Source: Eledone cirrhosa (lineage: Eukaryota). From it: DNA of 64,000 nt. Positions 62,001 to 64,000 of this stretch are shown here, in pieces. Within the stretch, counting starts at the first letter, position 1. Each line of letters starts with the position of its first letter. The DNA lies in contig OZ024765.1 in the NCBI GenBank assembly GCA_964016885.1, forward strand, positions 13,764,001 to 13,828,000, in the 5' to 3' direction. The notes beneath the pieces were generated by a model. That model had not been told where the DNA came from, did not search any database, and was given only the letters and a program-made list of their open reading frames with translations. A program made the translations under genes and the position numbers.

Positions 62001-63853
62001 GTTATGTTACATAAAGAGACAAGATCCAGACCTCCTTCATTGACTGAAGGGAGTGGAACTTGTCAAATAAGACAGAATTATATAGACAAAGAATGGTTGT
62101 AAAATATAAGAGACAAACTTGTGTATAACAATATAGACAGAATTATATAGACAAAGACTGGTTGTAAAATATAAGAGACAAACTTGTGTATAACAATATA
62201 GACAGAATTATATAGACAAAGACTGGTTGGAAAATATAAGAGACAAACTTGTGTATAACAATATAGACAGAATTATATAGACAAAGACTGGTTAGAAAAT
62301 ATAAGAGACAAACTTGTGTATAACAATATAGACAGAATTATATAGACAAAGACTGGTTGTAAAATATAAGAGACAAACATATGTATAACAATACAGACAA
62401 AGATTAATTGTAGACTAAACTAGACTAACATTTGTGTAATAACATAGATAGGGTTATATAGACAAAGACTGTTATCGAATTTACTAGGCAAACTTGTATA
62501 TAACAATAGATAAAGTTATATAGACCAAGATTGGTTGTAATATATAGAAAACAAACTCGTGTATAACAATATAGACAGAATTATATAGACAAAGATTGGT
62601 GTAGAATTTACAAGACAAACTTATGTAATATAAGCAATAACATAAACAATGTTATATAGACAAAGACTGGTTGTAAAATAAATAAGACAAACATGTATAT
62701 AACAACATGTATAGAATTATATAGACCAGGAGTGTTATAGAACATACTATATAAAATTGTATTTAATAACATAGACAGAATTAGATAGACAAAGACTATT
62801 GTTGAACATACAAGATAAACACGTTTAATTACAAACAGAATTATATAGGCAAACATTTGTGTAGCATTTACTAGACAAACTTGTGCATAACAACATATTT
62901 AGGGTTATATAGACAAAGACTATTGTGTAATATACTAGACAAACAAATGTATAACAACATGGACAGAATTATATAGACACTGTTATAGAATATACTATAC
63001 AAACTTATGTATAATAAGTAATAATGTAGATGGGGTTATATAGACAAATGTTGGTTGTAAAATGTATGAGACAAACTTCAGTTTAATAACATAGACAAAA
63101 TTATATACACTAAAATTGGGTGAATAACATACTAGACAAACTTCTGTATAACAATATAAACAGAGTTATATAGACAAAGACTGTTGTAGAATATACGAAA
63201 CAAACTCACATGTAATAAGAAAGACAGCATTATAAAAACAAAGATTGGTTGTATAATATACCAAAGAAACTTGTGTATAAAACCATAGACAGAAATATAT
63301 AGACAAAGACTGGTTGTAGAACATACTAGACAAACTTGTGTGTAACACCTAATAACATAGATAGGGTTATATAGACAAAGATTGGTTGAAGAACATACTA
63401 GAAGGGATGACAGGAGATAAGACAATATTGACAAGATAGTAAATAATTCAGGGATGACATCTTGACAAACAGGGCCAGCAATATCATGTCCTGTCATAGT
63501 ATATTACTGACAACAGATGAGAGTTAATGTTGACAACACAGGGTTGGTTGACATGTTGACAGAGAGAACCAGAGTAACATGTCCTGTCATAATATATTAC
63601 TGACAGCATATATGACAATTAGTATTGACAAGACAATCAACAATACAGGGATGACATGTTGACAAACAGAGCCAGCAATAATAACATGTCCTCTCATAGT
63701 ATATTACTTACGAAACAGTGGCTTAAAACAGCCATGTATATCCAGTATGAGTTTCACACTTTTACTAACATCATATTTGTCAGTTATGAATATTTGGATC
63801 TTGTTGGCTTGGAAACCATTTGGGAAATATACAGTTTCAGTAGCAGAAAATTT
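969..63853 (-). CDS. Partial multi-exon gene: giant secreted mucin / SCO-spondin-like protein ([Thr-rich + FA58C-like]n, PTS ~4500 aa, TSP1/TIL/VWC tail); 28 exons in window, both ends outside
   Basis: All 28 exons have AG/GT boundaries and compatible phases. Summed length is 19,951 nt (6650 codons + 1). TSP1 (WxxWxxC..C..G.R.R), TIL and VWC cysteine patterns are recognisable. Confidence 0.9.
1595..1740 (+). mobile_element. CR1-like LINE 3' remnant
   Basis: Translates [18 protein letters not shown]...AATDSLLHQ, resembling the CR1 ORF2 C-terminus; contains a stop. Confidence 0.6.
1983..2087 (-). CDS. Exon: VWC domain middle
   Basis: atccag|CCC AAA GAT...TCA CCG|gtatgt; [24 protein letters not shown]. 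Confidence 0.9.
2572..2608 (+). ncRNA. Minimal type I hammerhead ribozyme motif (Penelope-like)
   Basis: TCTT-CTGATGA-A-GGAT(TAGC)ATCC-GAAAC-GTT-AAGA: core, stem II, palindromic ACGT stem III and 4-bp stem I. Confidence 0.65.
2863..3047 (-). CDS. Exon: TIL-like domain + VWC start
   Basis: tttcag|AT TGC AAG...AAA AAT|gtaagc; [62 protein letters not shown]. Confidence 0.88.
3093..3740 (-). mobile_element. Three tandem tRNA-derived SINEs separated by (AAT)n
   Basis: On the minus strand: GGCGGTGGATTGGCAGTATCGG (A-box), GAGTTCAAATCCC (B-box), conserved GCCTTTCATCCTTACGGGGTCGATAAAATAAAGTACCAG body. Confidence 0.88.
4762..5108. repeat. Near-perfect inverted repeat, ~167-bp arms, 13-nt spacer
   Basis: 4762-4928 is the reverse complement of 4942-5108, with one mismatch seen. 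Each arm carries a CTGATGA...GAAA hammerhead-like motif. Confidence 0.92.
5395..5562 (+). mobile_element. RTE LINE 3' end
   Basis: [15 protein letters not shown]...[10 protein letters not shown] plus (TGA)n tail. Confidence 0.75.
5580..5735 (-). CDS. Exon: TSP1 #7
   Basis: tttcag|CC AAC TGT...TGC G|gtatgt; [25 protein letters not shown]. Confidence 0.92.
5795..6160 (-). mobile_element. Two tandem tRNA-SINE copies
   Basis: Same family as 3093-3740. Confidence 0.85.
6221..6376 (-). CDS. Exon: TSP1 #6
   Basis: ttgtag|GC TGT ACT...CTC T|gtaagg; [25 protein letters not shown]. Confidence 0.9.
6695..6958 (+). mobile_element. RTE LINE 3' end
   Basis: [36 protein letters not shown]...RTRPTLASR plus (GAT)n. 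Confidence 0.8.
7192..7410 (-). mobile_element. tRNA-SINE
   Basis: Same family as 3093-3740. Confidence 0.85.
7456..7623 (-). CDS. Exon: TSP1 #5
   Basis: ttctag|TT GAT GGT AAC TGG...CCA T|gtaagt; [34 protein letters not shown]. Confidence 0.92.
7913..7958 (-). ncRNA. Hammerhead ribozyme motif
   Basis: AGC-CTGATGA-GTCC(TGATTAATG)GGAC-GAAAC-ATT-GTA-GGCT; stem I is imperfect. Confidence 0.6.
8223..8272 (-). CDS. Micro-exon: VWC-like end ([16 protein letters not shown])
   Basis: ccacag|C CAT TGC...ATT G|gtaagt; phase 2 to 1 links both neighbours. Confidence 0.82.
8752..8942 (+). mobile_element. tRNA-SINE in opposite orientation
   Basis: Same family, on the plus strand. Confidence 0.85.
8950..9195 (-). 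pseudogene. DNA transposase C-terminal fragment (hAT-superfamily-like)
   Basis: [15 protein letters not shown]...[17 protein letters not shown]...[18 protein letters not shown]; in-frame stop; family assignment is from recalled motifs. Confidence 0.6.
9533..9685 (-). CDS. Exon: TSP1 #4 C-part + VWC-like start
   Basis: atctag|A ACC ATT...ACA TG|gtaatg; [51 protein letters not shown]. Confidence 0.87.
9725..10195. repeat. 52-bp minisatellite x~9 filling an intron
   Basis: Unit ACCATTTCCTTACCGTGTTTCTAATGAAAGACACAAACATATTAAACTCTCA. Confidence 0.95.
10200..10275 (-). CDS. Exon: TSP1 #4, N-part
   Basis: caaag|GT TGT GCG...TTC AG|gtaagt; [26 protein letters not shown]. Confidence 0.88.
10332..10860 (-). 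mobile_element. Three tandem tRNA-SINE copies (last internally deleted)
   Basis: Same family; separated by CTTATATATAAT/TATCTAATATATAAT target-like repeats. Confidence 0.85.
11683..11729 (-). CDS. Micro-exon: VWC-like end ([15 protein letters not shown])
   Basis: ttacag|T GTA TGC...CAC T|gtaaga. Confidence 0.85.
11847..12108 (-). CDS. Exon: TIL domain + VWC-like start
   Basis: cactag|AA ACT CCT...AAA TG|gtaagt; [66 protein letters not shown]...ECNKC. Confidence 0.9.
12195..13037 (+). mobile_element. RTE LINE 3' fragment containing a 36-39-bp minisatellite (12385-12990)
   Basis: RRKLA*FGHV...[28 protein letters not shown], then ~16 copies of GATGGACTATTTTGAGTGTGGGTATTGATGGC.., then a (TGA)n tail. 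Confidence 0.8.
13290..13457 (-). CDS. Exon: TSP1 #3
   Basis: ttccag|AT GAG TGG...ACA G|gtaaat; [30 protein letters not shown]. Confidence 0.9.
13885..14060 (-). mobile_element. tRNA-SINE
   Basis: Same family as 3093-3740. Confidence 0.85.
14217..14461. mobile_element. Two ~80-bp Tc1/mariner-type MITE copies
   Basis: TA-CAGGGTGTCCCCAAAAATGTATACAC...GTGTATA(C/T)ATTTT..GGGACACCCTG-TA terminal inverted repeats. Confidence 0.65.
14483..14647 (-). CDS. Exon: TSP1 #2
   Basis: ttccag|AA ATG GGC TGT...AAC A|gtaagt; [25 protein letters not shown]. Confidence 0.9.
15005..15640. repeat. 95-bp minisatellite x~6.5
   Basis: GGAAACAATG recurs at 15011, 15106, 15201 and onward. Confidence 0.95.
15808..15854 (-). 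CDS. Micro-exon: VWC-like end ([15 protein letters not shown])
   Basis: ttacag|T ACT TGT...AAA G|gtttgt; completes the CNNC-TC motif; phase 2 to 1. Confidence 0.85.
17998..18920 (-). mobile_element. RTE-type LINE fragments (5' UTR and rearranged 3' end) in (TA)n
   Basis: Minus strand has GGCAGAATTCTAGGAGAAGGAAAACTCTGA, a recalled RTE 5'-UTR motif. C-terminal peptides are [14 protein letters not shown] and [11 protein letters not shown]. Confidence 0.6.
18921..19915. repeat. Complex (TA)n/(TATACA) microsatellite field
   Basis: Read directly from the sequence. Confidence 0.95.
20870..21112 (+). mobile_element. tRNA-derived CORE-like SINE
   Basis: TGGCCTAGTGG A-box, GCTCGATTCC B-box, GTGTTGTGTTCTTGAGCAAAA body. 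Relatives lie at 8385-9405 (split) and 46850-47105. Confidence 0.75.
21219..21326 (-). ncRNA. Type I hammerhead ribozyme motif with extended stem II
   Basis: AGTCT-CTGATGA-TCTGATTAAG...CTTAATCAGA-GAAAC-AATT-GTT-AGACT: 5-bp stem I, 10-bp stem II and palindromic ACAATTGT stem III. Confidence 0.72.
21812..21872 (+). ncRNA. Degenerate minimal hammerhead motif in Penelope-like repeat
   Basis: ATTTTAT-CTGATGA...GAAA-TATATA-TA-ATAAAAT; stem II is degenerate; same repeat family as 4240-4400, 4760-5108 and 44365-44530. Confidence 0.45.
22298..22487 (-). mobile_element. tRNA-SINE
   Basis: Same family as 3093-3740. Confidence 0.85.
22649..22936 (-). CDS. Exon: TSP1 #1 C-part + VWC-like start with long insert
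   Basis: ctgcag|G ACA TGT...AAT TG|gtaacc; [11 protein letters not shown]...[19 protein letters not shown]...IGCNNC. Confidence 0.85.
23655..23839 (-). mobile_element. tRNA-SINE with ~18-bp TSD
   Basis: Flanked by TTACTTTGAATAAATAAT on both sides. Confidence 0.9.
25000..25280. repeat. 72-bp minisatellite (copy 1)
   Basis: GTGAGATATTATGTGAGGTAAAGCCTTTACTGTGAAAATACAATAG...; same unit at 45035-45690. Confidence 0.9.
25385..25572. repeat. 47-bp minisatellite x4
   Basis: GCAGTCAC recurs at 25398, 25445, 25492 and 25539. Confidence 0.9.
25769..25841 (-). CDS. Exon: TSP1 #1, N-part
   Basis: tttcag|AT TTT TGG...AAC AG|gtaaaa; [25 protein letters not shown]; too short for the ORF track. Confidence 0.9.
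25890..26888. repeat. 46-48-bp minisatellite x~21
   Basis: TTAACCCTTTCGTTACCATATTTCTAATGAAAGACACTGTCTATATCT. Confidence 0.95.
27254..40747 (-). CDS. Giant mucin (PTS) exon, 13,494 nt, ~4,498 aa of TTPAKG-type repeats
   Basis: Open 4510-aa ORF 27225..40757. An in-frame TGA precedes the ATG. The first AG after the pyrimidine tract is ttacag|GC CAA and the donor is ATC G|gtaagt; phase 1-1. Confidence 0.92.
40866..41278. repeat. ~19-bp minisatellite (GTGGTCACATGRTGTCTTT) x~20
   Basis: Read directly; lies ~120 bp upstream of the giant exon acceptor. Confidence 0.9.
41779..43701. mobile_element. piggyBac-type MITE cluster with internal 117-bp tandem repeat (42320-42955)
   Basis: Left ends TTAA-CCCTTTCGTT..; right ends ..GGTATCAAAAGGA-TTAA (43562) and ..GTATCGAAATGG-TTAA (43700). 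Confidence 0.65.
43060..43435 (-). mobile_element. RTE (Rex3/Expander-like) LINE fragment
   Basis: [17 protein letters not shown]...[21 protein letters not shown]...[14 protein letters not shown], with stops. Confidence 0.75.
45035..45690. repeat. 72-bp minisatellite (copy 2), interrupted by a SINE head
   Basis: Same unit as 25000-25280. Confidence 0.9.
46468..46609 (-). CDS. Exon B1: C-half of last FA58C-like domain
   Basis: 142 nt; ends in phase 1, compatible with the giant exon acceptor. Confidence 0.85.
47822..48384 (-). CDS. Exon A1: Thr-rich linker + N-half of FA58C-like domain
   Basis: 563 nt; ...[26 protein letters not shown]...[20 protein letters not shown]|gt. Confidence 0.88.
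49958..50099 (-). CDS. Exon B2: C-half of FA58C-like domain
   Basis: 142 nt with conserved splice sites. Confidence 0.85.
50792..51930 (-). CDS. Exon A2: expanded Thr-rich linker + N-half of FA58C-like domain
   Basis: 1139 nt, phase 1 to 0; (ACA/CCA/GCA)n expansion; within ORF 50738..51937. Confidence 0.88.
53615..53756 (-). CDS. Exon B3: C-half of FA58C-like domain
   Basis: 142 nt; same peptide as B4. Confidence 0.85.
54444..55051 (-). CDS. Exon A3: Thr-rich linker + N-half of FA58C-like domain
   Basis: 608 nt, nearly identical to A4; within ORF 54390..55061. Confidence 0.88.
56869..57010 (-). CDS. Exon B4: C-half of FA58C-like domain
   Basis: 142 nt; [47 protein letters not shown]. Confidence 0.85.
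57698..58305 (-). CDS. Exon A4: Thr-rich linker + N-half of FA58C-like domain
   Basis: 608 nt, phase 1 to 0; within ORF 57644..58315. Confidence 0.88.
58463..59250. repeat. 65-bp intronic minisatellite x~12 (~3-5 copies in sister units)
   Basis: AGACAGAATTATATAGACAAAGACTGGTTG.AAAATATAAGAGACAAACTTGTGTATAACAATA. Confidence 0.92.
60557..60698 (-). CDS. Exon B5: C-half of FA58C-like domain
   Basis: 142 nt with the same splice sites as B6; ...[35 protein letters not shown]. Confidence 0.85.
61385..61911 (-). CDS. Exon A5: Thr-rich linker + N-terminal half of FA58C-like domain
   Basis: ttgttag|AA GTT CCA...GGA AAG|gtattt; 527 nt, phase 1 to 0; within ORF 61331..61921. Confidence 0.88.
63712..63853 (-). 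CDS. Exon B6: C-terminal half of FA58C/discoidin-like domain
   Basis: tttcag|AAA TTT TCT...CTG TTT C|gtaagt; 142 nt; [56 protein letters not shown] resembles the LRLELYGC end of FA58C. Confidence 0.85.
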
Positions 63854-64000
63854 CTGAAAATATTGAAAATCATGTGAATCATTCTAAATATCATTATAGA
63901 ACCTTCTGCATAATTATTATGCTCCCACTGTCAAAATATACTAAGTATTATAATACGTAAAATACTAAAATATCAAATGTGTTTGTAGATATTTTCATTT

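Larger units (their letters stand above)
46350..64000. repeat. Tandem array of ~3.2-3.7 kb exon-pair units (at least 5.5 copies)
   Basis: B-exon spacings are 3490, 3657, 3254, 3688 and 3155 bp. Introns are homologous between units. Confidence 0.95.

Noticed and set aside
46361-63877. Repeated plus-strand [13 protein letters not shown]...KFLKILKIM and poly-Asn/Leu/Val ORFs
   Set aside because: Antisense or alternative-frame readings of exons A and B. The minus frame has the conserved splice sites.

Overview
AT-rich, microsatellite-dense eukaryotic DNA. The tRNA-derived SINE, RTE and Penelope-type repeats suggest an octopod cephalopod, which is an inference. The window lies inside one very large minus-strand gene, with both start and stop outside it. 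I traced 28 GT-AG exons by hand whose phases chain without a break from 63853 to 969 (19,951 nt, about 6,650 codons). The N-to-C order is: at least 5.5 tandem two-exon modules of a Thr-rich linker plus a degenerate F5/8 type C (discoidin)-like domain; one 13.5-kb exon encoding about 4,500 aa of Thr/Ser/Pro/Gly/Glu mucin repeats; then an SCO-spondin-like Cys-rich tail with 7 TSP1, 2 TIL and 4 VWC-like modules. Introns contain SINEs, RTE/CR1 LINE remnants, a hAT-like transposase fragment, piggyBac- and Tc1-type MITEs, many minisatellites (several derived from TE ends), long fold-back palindromes and several minimal hammerhead-ribozyme motifs. Repeat coordinates are approximate, and domain calls come from motif recognition rather than database searches.
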